Assembly (NCBI GenBank): GCA_035275285.1
Contig: DATENA010000068.1
Coordinates: 303-64,302, forward strand
DNA: 64,000 nucleotides
From: Fibrobacteria bacterium
Lineage (GTDB): Bacteria; Fibrobacterota; Fibrobacteria; UBA11236
Direction of reading: 5' to 3'
Under the pieces are notes generated by a model, which worked only from the letters and a program-made list of their open reading frames with translations, made no database searches and was not told the DNA's origin. Position 1 is the stretch's first letter; every line of letters starts with the position of its first letter. Shown here one piece after another: positions 43,329-52,769 of this stretch. Position numbers and translations under genes: made by a program.

Positions 43329-45485
43329 ATGGCTTCAATACGGTTTCGATTTCCTTGTTTCCCGGTTCCCGGCGCCGTATGCGCCGGCTTGCTCGCCCTT
43401 GTCTTGCCGGCATCCGCCCAGCGCGTGCCGGCCGCGCCCGATTCCCTGTTCGCGCACTTGAACCCGGCCCATCCCCGCCTGATGATCACCGAGACGGCGC
43501 TCCAGTCCATCCGGGACCAGGAGAAAGGCGACGCGAGCGTGCAAGAAGCCCTGCACTACCTCCGGAAGCGGGCCGACAGCCTCCAGGGCATTCCGCCCTG
43601 CGCCTACCGGCTGGCATCGGGGGGTTCGCTGCTGCAAACGAGCCGCGAGGTCCTGGAGCGGATTCTCCTTCTCGGTTTCCTGGCCAATCTCGACCGCAGC
43701 GCGAAATACGCCGACCGGGCGCTCCGGGAACTGGATTCCGCGTCCCGTTTCCCGGACTGGGGACCCACGCGCTTCCTGGACGTGGCCGAAATGGCCGCCG
43801 CATTCGCCGTCGGCTATGATTGGCTCTATTCCCGCGCCACCCCCGCCCAGCGGTCGGCCATCCTGCAAGCGATCAAAAGCAAAGCCTTCGATCCGGCCGC
43901 GGCCGAATACGACCAGCGAAAGTGGTGGGTGGACTCCAAGTCGAACTGGAACGCCGTATGCAACAGCGCCATGGCCATGGCCGCGCTCGCTTCGGGAAAC
44001 GACATGCCCGCCGCGAAATCCCTCCTGCACCGTTCCCTGCTCTCCCTCCAGGGGTCCGGGGCCTTGAACGCCTATGCGCCGGATGGGGCCTATGCCGAGG
44101 GGATAGGCTATTGGTGCTTTTCCACCCAGTACCTGTCCATGCTGTTCGCCTCCCTGCAAACCGGCCTGGGGGACGAGTTCGGCCTGTCGCGGCTGCCGGG
44201 CATGGCGGAGACGGGTCTGTTCCCCATCTATAGCGAGGGTCCCACCGGCCGCATGGTGAATTTCGGGGATGCATCGGACGGGCCGATTTATCCGTATTGG
44301 ATGTCCGGCTTCGCCCTGAACTTCAAGCAACCCCTGTACGCTTGGTTCGCCCAGAAGCACAGCGGACTGCACGTATTCGATGTTCTCTGGTACGACAAGG
44401 CGGCCAGGAACGCGGGACCGGCGTTGCTCCCGCTCTCGAAGCGCTTCCGCGGCTCGGAGCTGGCGGTTTTCAAGAGTGCCTGGGGCGACAGCAACGCGTC
44501 TTACCTGGCGTTCAAATCCGGCAATCCGGCCTCCGAGCATTCTCATCTGGACGTCGGCTCCTTCACCTTCGAAGCCCTGGGAAAACGCTGGGCCGTGGAC
44601 CTGGGGCCTGACCGCTACGGTTTGCCGGGCTATTTCCTCGACTACGACGATAGCGTCTCGCGCTATACCTATTATCGGGTCCGGGCGGAAGGGCACAATA
44701 CCCTCACCCTCAATCCCGGAATGGCGCCGGATCAGGAACTTTCCCCGTCAAGCACCCTGGTCCGGTTCGATGCCGCCCAGCAGGTCGCGGTCGGCGATCT
44801 GACATCGGCCTACGCCAAGCATGCCGTCAAGGTCCTGCGAGGCGTCTCCCTACAGGCAGGGGGAAGGGCGATGCTCCAGGATGAAATGGAACTCCGCGCT
44901 CCCGGCGAGGTCTGGTGGCGCATGCATACCGAGGCCGCCATAACCGTGGAACCCGGGGGACGCTCGGCGATGCTGGCCCAGGGCGGCAAGCGGGTTTGGG
45001 TCTCCTTGCTCGGTCCCGTGGACGGCATGGTCTTCTCTTCGCTGAAAGCCGGGCCATTGCCGGGCACGCCCAAGCCGGCGGGCCAGGACCCGAACGCGGG
45101 CGTTTCCGTGCTGGCCGTCCATCTCACCCAAATCCGGCAGGCCAGGATTATCGTCTGGATGGTGCCCCTCCGGGAGGGCGAATCCCGTCCGGCCGTGTTG
45201 CCTTCCGTGGAGCCTTTGGGGATCCTGGCCGGCGCCGGGGAGAAGTCCGCCGTCGGTTTCCATTGGAACGCGGATGGATTGAATGTGGAACTTTCCGAAA
45301 CCGGCCCCTTTCAGCTCAAGCTTTTCAGCGCCCGGGGAGGATTGCTCCGGGAACTCCAAGGCATGGCCCCGGGACGCTTCGACGTGAATCCGGGAAAAGC
45401 GGCCCAAGGCCCCCTGCTGGTTGATTTTCGCATGGAAAACGTGCGGAAAAGCATGGTCTTGCCGGGGATTGTAACCGTTCCTTAA
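43329..45485 (+). CDS. Heparinase II/III-family polysaccharide lyase-like protein, secreted
   Basis: HPRL, NWNAVCN, DGAYAEG.GYW, NFGDA, HSHLDVGSF, RAEGHNTL; T9SS-like tail (LFSARGGLL). Confidence 0.87.
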   Translation: MASIRFRFPCFPVPGAVCAGLLALVLPASAQRVPAAPDSLFAHLNPAHPRLMITETALQSIRDQEKGDASVQEALHYLRKRADSLQGIPPCAYRLASGGSLLQTSREVLERILLLGFLANLDRSAKYADRALRELDSASRFPDWGPTRFLDVAEMAAAFAVGYDWLYSRATPAQRSAILQAIKSKAFDPAAAEYDQRKWWVDSKSNWNAVCNSAMAMAALASGNDMPAAKSLLHRSLLSLQGSGALNAYAPDGAYAEGIGYWCFSTQYLSMLFASLQTGLGDEFGLSRLPGMAETGLFPIYSEGPTGRMVNFGDASDGPIYPYWMSGFALNFKQPLYAWFAQKHSGLHVFDVLWYDKAARNAGPALLPLSKRFRGSELAVFKSAWGDSNASYLAFKSGNPASEHSHLDVGSFTFEALGKRWAVDLGPDRYGLPGYFLDYDDSVSRYTYYRVRAEGHNTLTLNPGMAPDQELSPSSTLVRFDAAQQVAVGDLTSAYAKHAVKVLRGVSLQAGGRAMLQDEMELRAPGEVWWRMHTEAAITVEPGGRSAMLAQGGKRVWVSLLGPVDGMVFSSLKAGPLPGTPKPAGQDPNAGVSVLAVHLTQIRQARIIVWMVPLREGESRPAVLPSVEPLGILAGAGEKSAVGFHWNADGLNVELSETGPFQLKLFSARGGLLRELQGMAPGRFDVNPGKAAQGPLLVDFRMENVRKSMVLPGIVTVP

Positions 45486-45555
45486 CCTCCCGAATTCCGC
45501 TTTTTCTAATTTCCCATCCTGCATCTTCGCTTCTTTCTGTAGAACAGGTATTCCC

Positions 45556-46884
45556 ATGAAGGCTAAACTGAGCGGCGTGCCGTTCCTTTTCGGAATTCCC
45601 GCGCTTCTATGGGTGGCCTGTTTGTCGCGCCCGGACACGAATGAGCCGGAGCTTCCCGTCCGCCCGGAAGACAGCACCCTGGTGGGCTACCGTGTCCGCT
45701 CCTATTTCAACAGGCCCATCGAAAGCGAATGGAAGCATGTGTTCGGGCGCGGCTCCATCCAGTCGGAATCCGTCCAGTACGTGCAACCGCCCACGTCGAT
45801 CCGCCTCATCGGCGAGCCTTTGCCTTCCATCACCATCGAGAAACTCCTGAACCCTCCCGAGAACGTCTGCGGGGACGTGAACGTTTCCGTCAAAGTGATG
45901 GCTCCTTCGGATTCGAACCTGAACTCGGTGGAGCAGCTTTCCATCATCCTGATCGGCGGGAAAGACCTGGCGGACAGCGCCAATTACAGTTTCGACCACT
46001 TGGTCCGGAACCATCATCTGGTCGATGCGAACCGGTGGACCCGGCTCAACTTCGCCATGCGCACGTTCAACAGGTCGCGGACCTTCGATTGCCGTAACGT
46101 CTCCCGCGTCCGGATCCGGCTGAGGGCCTTGGCCGGCACGGTCGATACCATGTATTTCGGGGAATTCGGATTCTATCCCTCTCCCCTTTCCGAGGCCGCG
46201 CTCATCCTCACCGAGGATGACCAATGGGCGGATTTCGATACCAACGGCGTCCCGGCCATGCGGAAACACGGGTTCCCGGGGACGATCTACGTCAACGGCG
46301 GGTTGCTGGGGGCATTCAATAAAATGACGTTGGAACGGATCAAGACCTTGCAGGACAGCGGCGGCTGGACCATCGCCAGCCATATGTGGATGCATGATTC
46401 GATCACGGCCTTGAGCGACGATTCCGCGGACCGTTCCCTGAAAAGGAACGCGGAATTCCTGGAGGAAAACGGGTTCACGGGCTATCGCCATTTCGCCTAT
46501 CCCTACGGTCTCGTCGACGTGGAAAAGGATGCGGTGGTCAGGCGGAATTGCGAATCGGCCCGCTTGACGGTAGGCTGGCCGCAGGGCGAAGCCATCCCCT
46601 ATTTCGATCGGTATCGCTTGCGCGTGCTGGGCTTCCTGGAAGGCGGCGTTACCTTGGACATGGCCAAAAGCGCTATCCGGCAATTGGTGGAAAACAAGAT
46701 GGCGGGGATCCTGGGAGTCCATCAGATTGTCCTGGAAGGCCCCCTGGACACCCGGAAATGGTACCGCGAAGATTGGGAGGCCTTGATGGACTACGTGAAG
46801 TTCTACGTCGATCAGGGGCGGCTCAAGCTGTACACCCTCGAGCAATTCGCGGCGAAAACCCGCATGGTCGATCAAGCCCGGTAG
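45556..46884 (+). CDS. Polysaccharide deacetylase (NodB/CE4-like) lipoprotein with N-terminal carbohydrate-binding-like domain
   Basis: Lipobox LWVAC; LTEDD, ASHMWMH, HFAYPYG. Confidence 0.75.
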   Translation: MKAKLSGVPFLFGIPALLWVACLSRPDTNEPELPVRPEDSTLVGYRVRSYFNRPIESEWKHVFGRGSIQSESVQYVQPPTSIRLIGEPLPSITIEKLLNPPENVCGDVNVSVKVMAPSDSNLNSVEQLSIILIGGKDLADSANYSFDHLVRNHHLVDANRWTRLNFAMRTFNRSRTFDCRNVSRVRIRLRALAGTVDTMYFGEFGFYPSPLSEAALILTEDDQWADFDTNGVPAMRKHGFPGTIYVNGGLLGAFNKMTLERIKTLQDSGGWTIASHMWMHDSITALSDDSADRSLKRNAEFLEENGFTGYRHFAYPYGLVDVEKDAVVRRNCESARLTVGWPQGEAIPYFDRYRLRVLGFLEGGVTLDMAKSAIRQLVENKMAGILGVHQIVLEGPLDTRKWYREDWEALMDYVKFYVDQGRLKLYTLEQFAAKTRMVDQAR

Positions 46885-46920
46885 CGCGCATGCGCCTCCC
46901 GCGTAGCGCACGCGCTACCG
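46879..46920. terminator. Hairpin between convergent genes (possible bidirectional terminator)
   Basis: CGGTAGCGCG...CGCGCTACCG is a perfect 10-bp inverted repeat. Confidence 0.5.
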
Positions 46921-46927
46921 GCGCTTT

Positions 46928-48442
46928 TCAGCGGGGCTCGGAAGCCGGGTTCTTGGCCATCATCCGCTGCCTCATCCGCCGCCATCTGTCCGCGGCGAAG
47001 TTCCGCGCCTGGCGCAACTCGCCATGGCGCAAGAGATCCCGCAAGGGTCCGACAACCAGGAACGAGAACAGGATGGGAATCTGGACGGCCGGTGAATCCC
47101 ACTTCTGCAACGCCGCGAATGCGGCCAATGCGGACAGGAAAACCGTTCCGCCCCGCCGCCACAGATAAGGCACGGGATAGCTGCCCTGGGCCAGGAGGAA
47201 CGTTCCCGCCAGGTACAGGAAGTACGCGGCGGCGGCGGCGGCGGCGGCCCCCGTCGCGCCATGGCGCGGGATCAGGATGAAATTGAAAAGCAGGTTGAAA
47301 ACCGCCGCTCCCGCCATGATGCCCATTTCCGCGACCAGCTTTTTGCGCAGATGGATCCCGGCCGATACGCAGTACTGGATGCCGTTGAACATGGCGGCCA
47401 GCACCAGCAGCGATACCACCGGTCCGGCGGCGTCGTATTTCCCGCGTCCCAGGAAATGCAGGAGCGGCAACCGCAGGATCTGGAGGAGAAGGAAAATGGA
47501 AACCATGAGCAGAAAAAAATAATGGGTGACGCGGGCGAATATCCGCGGCGCGTCCGGCTTTCCGGCCAGCGAATAGAAAAACGGCTGCCAGGCATACAGG
47601 AAAGGCACCAGGAGCAGGATATCGATGATGGCGGCTACGCGCGCGCCCATGGAAAAGAAGCCCACTTCGGAAAGGCCGTGCCAATGCGGAAGCATGTACC
47701 TGCTCGCCACTTCCAATACCCTGCGGCTGAGCAGGTTGGGAAGCATGGGCAGGCCGAAGGCGAAAAGCGGGGCCAGACGTCTCCACTCCCAATTCAGTTC
47801 CAGGTTCGGCAGCAAAATCGGGACCAGAATTGCTCCGGTAACGCCTACTCCCAGCAGGTTTCCCCATAGCATCCCGGACAAGCCCCATTTGAGGACCACG
47901 ATGAAATAGAGATTACCTCCCGCGATCAGGGCAAAGGTAGCCAGGGACCAGGCGGCGAACGCGCGCGAGCGCTGCTGGGTTTTGTAAAGCTGGAGCGGCA
48001 GCCCTTGCAGGACCAGCGCCAGGTTGAGCCAGGCGACCATGCGGATCCACTGGGCGTTGCCTTCGTTCCGGAAAAGGCTCCGCGACAATGGCTCCGCGAA
48101 AATCAGGAGGAGAACGGTGACAACCGCCAGGACCGGTACCAGGAAGGTGACGAGCGCCCCCATCAGCTTCCTGCGTTCCGCCTCGGGCAGGGAGCCTCCG
48201 TCTCCCGCGGAGCCGGTACCGGCCAGGTAGAATCCCCGCACCAGTCCCTGGGGCAATCCCAAAGAGGCCACCAGGGACAGCGTAATGGCCGTCTGGTACA
48301 GCATATCCATGGCCCCGAACTCGGCCGTGGTGAAATAGGCGGCGTACAGGGGAATGAGCAGAAAGGACAGGCCCCGCTGCAGGAAATTGGAGGCCATGTA
48401 CACGGCGGAATGCCCGAGGAGCTTACCGATTCGATCCAGCAA
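46928..48442 (-). CDS. wzx: Wzx-type polysaccharide flippase
   Basis: FLLIPLYAAYFT.AEFG, LFAFGLPMLP, VGFFSMG, NL..NFILIP..G..GAA; many TM segments. Confidence 0.9.
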   Translation of the reverse strand: MLDRIGKLLGHSAVYMASNFLQRGLSFLLIPLYAAYFTTAEFGAMDMLYQTAITLSLVASLGLPQGLVRGFYLAGTGSAGDGGSLPEAERRKLMGALVTFLVPVLAVVTVLLLIFAEPLSRSLFRNEGNAQWIRMVAWLNLALVLQGLPLQLYKTQQRSRAFAAWSLATFALIAGGNLYFIVVLKWGLSGMLWGNLLGVGVTGAILVPILLPNLELNWEWRRLAPLFAFGLPMLPNLLSRRVLEVASRYMLPHWHGLSEVGFFSMGARVAAIIDILLLVPFLYAWQPFFYSLAGKPDAPRIFARVTHYFFLLMVSIFLLLQILRLPLLHFLGRGKYDAAGPVVSLLVLAAMFNGIQYCVSAGIHLRKKLVAEMGIMAGAAVFNLLFNFILIPRHGATGAAAAAAAAYFLYLAGTFLLAQGSYPVPYLWRRGGTVFLSALAAFAALQKWDSPAVQIPILFSFLVVGPLRDLLRHGELRQARNFAADRWRRMRQRMMAKNPASEPR

Positions 48443-48452
48443 TGCGGCCCTG

Positions 48453-49679
48453 CTATCCGGCTGCCGGTGAGCGCCGGGGATCCAATCGGCGGAACAGTTC
48501 AGCGTACTTCTGCGCGATGCCCTCCCAGCGATACCGGCGATGGGCGATATCCTTCACGATGGACCGTTGCCCGTCCCATTCGGATTGCGGGACCTTGAGG
48601 ATCAACTCGACAAGGGAAGCGACGTTGTGGAAATAGCGGACGCGGTTTTCCGTGGTGGCGCGATTGTAGACCACGTCGAAAGCGGCGATGGGCAAGGAGA
48701 GGTTCATGGCTTCCACCAGGGACGGGTTGGTGCCTCCCGCGGAGTGGCCGTGCACGTAATAGGAGCAATGCGCCCTGATCACGTTCAATTCGACCGGATC
48801 GTAGATGGCCTCGAGCAGATGCAGATTGGGATAGAGTTCATAACGTTTTTTCAATTCCCTTCCGTACTCGCTGCCTTTCCAATTCCCCACGAAGACGAAT
48901 TCGGCTTCCGGCACCTGATTGAAAGCGTAGAGCAGGAGTTCCGGGTTATTGTCCATCTGGATCCGGGCCACGGCGAAGGCGTAGGGGCGGTCGAGGAACG
49001 GGTATTTCCCCGACAGCTCCCCGGAAATGCCCGGCTTGGTGGTTTGATCCCCTCCGTATTCGATAAGCACGCTCTCCCGGCCGTATGCGGTGCGCATATA
49101 ATCCGCGATGCCCTGATTGTCGGTCACGTTCAGGCGGGCGGTCCGCACGGCTGCCGATTCGAAAAGGCGCAGCAACCTTTTGGCGAAAGGCCCCCACTTG
49201 CTCCGCTGCCAATCCAGGCCTCCGATATTCAGAATGCTGGCCTTTTTGAAGAAGCGGCAGAACGGCATGGCCAATCCGCCCGAAACCCCCAGGACCAGGA
49301 GCAGGTCCGAATGCCTCCAGGCATGCGCGAAATTGAGGAAATCGAAACAAATGCTTTGCGCGCCGTTCGCCTTGAAGGGGATGTACACCAGGCGCGCGTT
49401 GAGATAGGTCTTGGGCTTTTCGGCATAATCGGGGCCGCTGCAATACACCGTGAATTCGAATTCATCGCCCAGGTATTCCACCAGGTACCGGGCCAGCGTT
49501 TCGAATCCGCCATACCGCGCGGGGAGCCCCATGGTCCCGATGATGGCCACGCGCAATGGGGATCTGCTCTGGACCTTGGGAGGGGTTGCCGCGGGCGCGT
49601 TTGTCTCCGGCGGAGGCGGCGGGCGCAATAAGTCCGGGGTCACCGGCGGGATGCCGGCTGTCGAGGCTTCCGGGTTCAT
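48453..49679 (-). CDS. Glycosyltransferase family 4 with DUF1972 N-terminal domain
   Basis: IIGTMGLPARYGGFET, LDWQRSKW, YVHGHSAGGTNPSLVEAM. Confidence 0.92.
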   Translation of the reverse strand: MNPEASTAGIPPVTPDLLRPPPPPETNAPAATPPKVQSRSPLRVAIIGTMGLPARYGGFETLARYLVEYLGDEFEFTVYCSGPDYAEKPKTYLNARLVYIPFKANGAQSICFDFLNFAHAWRHSDLLLVLGVSGGLAMPFCRFFKKASILNIGGLDWQRSKWGPFAKRLLRLFESAAVRTARLNVTDNQGIADYMRTAYGRESVLIEYGGDQTTKPGISGELSGKYPFLDRPYAFAVARIQMDNNPELLLYAFNQVPEAEFVFVGNWKGSEYGRELKKRYELYPNLHLLEAIYDPVELNVIRAHCSYYVHGHSAGGTNPSLVEAMNLSLPIAAFDVVYNRATTENRVRYFHNVASLVELILKVPQSEWDGQRSIVKDIAHRRYRWEGIAQKYAELFRRLDPRRSPAAG

Positions 49680-50548
49680 CCGCGCACCAGCTTCAACGTC
49701 TCGGCCATGTGGTCGCGGGTGGAGGCCCCGAATACGATGGACTTCAGGCCCTGCCCTTTCACGTACTCGATGGCCTCGGCCGGGGGAATGGCTCCCGACG
49801 CGTAAACGGACATGGCGGTCATCGGATACTTGGGCCGGCGGAAGTAGGCCTCGTATTCCGCGGGTCCCGGGCTCATGAGGTAGCCGATTTTATTGAAGTT
49901 TCCGCAAATGGTCGCATTCTCGATCCCGCATTCCTGCAGAAAGGCCGCGAGGCGGGGCACGTTCATGGTCAGGAACCCGGGGACGGCTGCGTATTTCTTT
50001 TCGATGTACTGGCAGTAGGCCGTGAAAATGTCCTTGAACTTGAGGCCCAGCAGAAGGTCGGTGATGATGTTCTGCAAATACACCACCTTGAAGTCCAGCT
50101 TGCGGAAAATCCTCATTTCCACGTCGATCAACATCTCCATCACCTTGGTCATGTCGCCGGACAAGGCGGAAACGCTTTTCCCGGCCATGCCCAGGAGGTT
50201 CCACGCGGATTGCCCGGAAACCACCTCCTGGATGGCTCCGAGGATCCCTTTCTCCGCCACCAGGTTCGCGTACTTATGCGGGTAAGGGATGGAAGGATAG
50301 AGCGCCAGGTCCTTGAACTCGGAGCGGTGATCGCGGAAGTAGTCGCAGATGAGCCCCGCCTTCTCATTGGCGTTGAGCATCACGGCCCGGATGCCCATAT
50401 CGTACGCGGTATGGTAAGCGCGGTATATTTTCCGCATATCGTTGAACCGCCCGGCAAGCTGCCGGGCCTTTTCCTGGGACATATGGTTGATCCCGAAAAA
50501 CTGGTTATCGCCCAGGATCAGATCGTCGAGCTCGAGCGCGGCGCGCAT
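49676..50548 (-). CDS. Conserved hypothetical protein (aldo/keto-reductase-like N-terminus)
   Basis: LILGDNQFFGINHMSQEKA, SIPYPHKYA, NFNKIGYLM, SIVFGAS; ATGA overlap with the GT gene. Confidence 0.75.
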   Translation of the reverse strand: MRAALELDDLILGDNQFFGINHMSQEKARQLAGRFNDMRKIYRAYHTAYDMGIRAVMLNANEKAGLICDYFRDHRSEFKDLALYPSIPYPHKYANLVAEKGILGAIQEVVSGQSAWNLLGMAGKSVSALSGDMTKVMEMLIDVEMRIFRKLDFKVVYLQNIITDLLLGLKFKDIFTAYCQYIEKKYAAVPGFLTMNVPRLAAFLQECGIENATICGNFNKIGYLMSPGPAEYEAYFRRPKYPMTAMSVYASGAIPPAEAIEYVKGQGLKSIVFGASTRDHMAETLKLVRG

Positions 50549-50549
50549 T

Positions 50550-51587
50550 TCAAAGTCCTCCGTGCTTGGGGCTGTCGGCGAAAATCACGTCGATGATCTC
50601 CTGGGTCAGGGCCGCATCGGCGAAGCTGCTCTGATTGGCCAAGCCGGGATCCAGCACGCAATCCACGAAATGGTAGATTTGGCGCGTGAACTCATTGCCC
50701 CGCACGTAAAAAGGCACGTTGTTGAAAAGATCGGTGATGTAAATGGTGTTCCATCCCTGGCGGTACGCGCCCTTTTCCCGTTTCATGTACACTTTGAGCT
50801 CGTGGTTGTCCGCGACGATTTTCCCCTCTTCGCCCAGGATTTCCACCTTGTTGCCGGGCTTGCGGCAGCTTTCGTCGCTCCAGTTCACGTATAAGCCGCC
50901 GACCAGGCCCTGGGGATAAAGCAAGGTGGCGCGCACTGCATCATCGGTGTGGGTCGAATACAAAGAGCTGAGATGGGACCCGATGATCTTTTCGGGCCGT
51001 CCCATGAAAAAAACCGCCAAATCGATGGCATGCGATCCGAAATCGTAGAGGCAACCGCCTCCGTTTTCCCGCTTTGATCGCCACCCATTGCCGGAACTCT
51101 TCTGGATCACGGTCCGGCCGAACATCTCGGAGCGGAAGCTCAGCACCTTTCCGATCATCTGCCGATCCAAGAGCGCCTTGGCCTTGATGAAGACATCGTT
51201 GAATCGGTTGACATACCCGACCTGAAGCGCCAGGCGCGTTCCGTTTCCCTTGGACGCGACCCTCTCCAGGATGCGCCGGGCCTCGATCGCGGTGAGGGTG
51301 AACGGCTTTTCCACGAAGACGGACACATCGCGTTCCACCGCCGCTTCGATCATTTCGGTATGCAGGTTGGGCGGCGTGCAGATGAGGACCAGGTCCAGTT
51401 TCTCCCCGGCCAGCATTTTCCGATACTCGCCGTATAGCTTGATGTCGGGACGGTAGCGGGACAAGGATCCGGTCACCACGCTGGAATCATCCGTAACCGC
51501 CGCCACCTCCACCTGGGGGTGGCTGCCGAGCAGGGCGAAATGCGTCATTCCCATCCGGCCGGCCCCGATGATGCCGGCCTTCAGCAT
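50550..51587 (-). CDS. Gfo/Idh/MocA family oxidoreductase
   Basis: GIIGAGRMG, ICTPPNLH, VFVEKP, QVGYVNRF, GGGCLYDFGSHAID. Confidence 0.93.
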   Translation of the reverse strand: MLKAGIIGAGRMGMTHFALLGSHPQVEVAAVTDDSSVVTGSLSRYRPDIKLYGEYRKMLAGEKLDLVLICTPPNLHTEMIEAAVERDVSVFVEKPFTLTAIEARRILERVASKGNGTRLALQVGYVNRFNDVFIKAKALLDRQMIGKVLSFRSEMFGRTVIQKSSGNGWRSKRENGGGCLYDFGSHAIDLAVFFMGRPEKIIGSHLSSLYSTHTDDAVRATLLYPQGLVGGLYVNWSDESCRKPGNKVEILGEEGKIVADNHELKVYMKREKGAYRQGWNTIYITDLFNNVPFYVRGNEFTRQIYHFVDCVLDPGLANQSSFADAALTQEIIDVIFADSPKHGGL

Positions 51588-51880
51588 GCGTTTCGACTCC
51601 AATTCAGGCGCCTGGCGGCCACGGGGGACCAGTGAAGAATCCTTACTAATCATGATGGATCAGCCTCATTGGAAAATTGCCCGATGCGCTCGGCGGCGCG
51701 AATCCTGGCGAATCCGCCAGTGGCTGAGGTGCGTCCGATTCACTCGAGCGAAAACAAGCCCGTGTAAAGATGGCAGATGGACGTTTCCACGATATTTCCC
51801 GGGCGTTTCCGGCGCATTGCGCCCGGAGGGACGGGAAATCATAACCGGGATCCATGGGAGAAAGGTCAGGGGGGCCGATT

Positions 51881-52705
51881 TCAACGCATTTTACAGTAGA
51901 AGAAACTGGCGTAGACTTCCAACCGGTCCCGGAAACGGTTGAAGCCCGGGGAGCCTTCGAGGCGCACCCATTTGGAATAGAATTCGCTTTGTTCCCCATC
52001 GGGAAAATATTTCCGGATGGTTTCGCGCATGGGTTTGTCGTTTTGCCGGAGGGACTCCACCACGTTGGCGGTGATGTCCCGATATTGAATCAGTCCCAAA
52101 TCCCAACCTTTGCTCAAATGGGCCTTTACCTGGAGCATCCCGAGTTCCGTGCGGTAATCCGTGAAAAGGAAATAGCCGCCTTTTCGGAGGACACGGCGGA
52201 CGCCGTCCAGAAAGCGGGGGAAATTTGGATAATCGTGCGACGATTCGACGTTAATGATGACGTCGAACGACTCGTCTGGAAACGGAAGCGCTTCGGCGTC
52301 CCCTTCCAGGTAACTCAGTCTGCCATGGTCCGCTTTTCTTTTGCACGCGTTGATGTTTTCCGAGGATAAATCCAGGCCGGTCACCGATTCCGGCTGGAAA
52401 TGGGAGGCGATATAGCGGCTTCCGCCCCCGCGGCCGCAGCCCACCTCGAGGATCTTCTTTCCGGCAATGTCGATCCGGGAAACCAGATGATGGTACATCT
52501 GCAGCCCATAGCGTGCGCTTTCGTCTTCGAGTTCCAGGCGCGGAGATTTTTCGTCCTTATCCACCGGGGCGTATCCCCAATTCATGAATGGAAAGGCCCC
52601 ATCCTTCATTTCCAGGGACCGGGAACCGTAAAACAGTTTTTGCCCGTTCTTGACCAGGTTCCGTCGCAGGTGCGGAAAAACCAGCAGCACCGAATCCTTG
52701 ACCAT
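51881..52705 (-). CDS. Class I SAM-dependent methyltransferase, Rv2952/lipid O-methyltransferase-like
   Basis: FMNWGY, LQMYHHL, ILEVGCGRGGG, GDAEALPF.DESFDVIINVESSHDYP, RVLRKGG. Start 52705 or 52786. Confidence 0.88.
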   Translation of the reverse strand: MVKDSVLLVFPHLRRNLVKNGQKLFYGSRSLEMKDGAFPFMNWGYAPVDKDEKSPRLELEDESARYGLQMYHHLVSRIDIAGKKILEVGCGRGGGSRYIASHFQPESVTGLDLSSENINACKRKADHGRLSYLEGDAEALPFPDESFDVIINVESSHDYPNFPRFLDGVRRVLRKGGYFLFTDYRTELGMLQVKAHLSKGWDLGLIQYRDITANVVESLRQNDKPMRETIRKYFPDGEQSEFYSKWVRLEGSPGFNRFRDRLEVYASFFYCKMR

Positions 52706-52769
52706 GCGCCTGATGGCGAGTTTCTGCCCATTTCCATGCCGGATCCTTTTTTTACAGACGTTCGAAAGC

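Noticed and set aside
51729-51740. 12-mer GTGCGTCCGATT shared with 27298-27309
   Set aside because: A single short match in GC-rich DNA with no shared context; likely chance.
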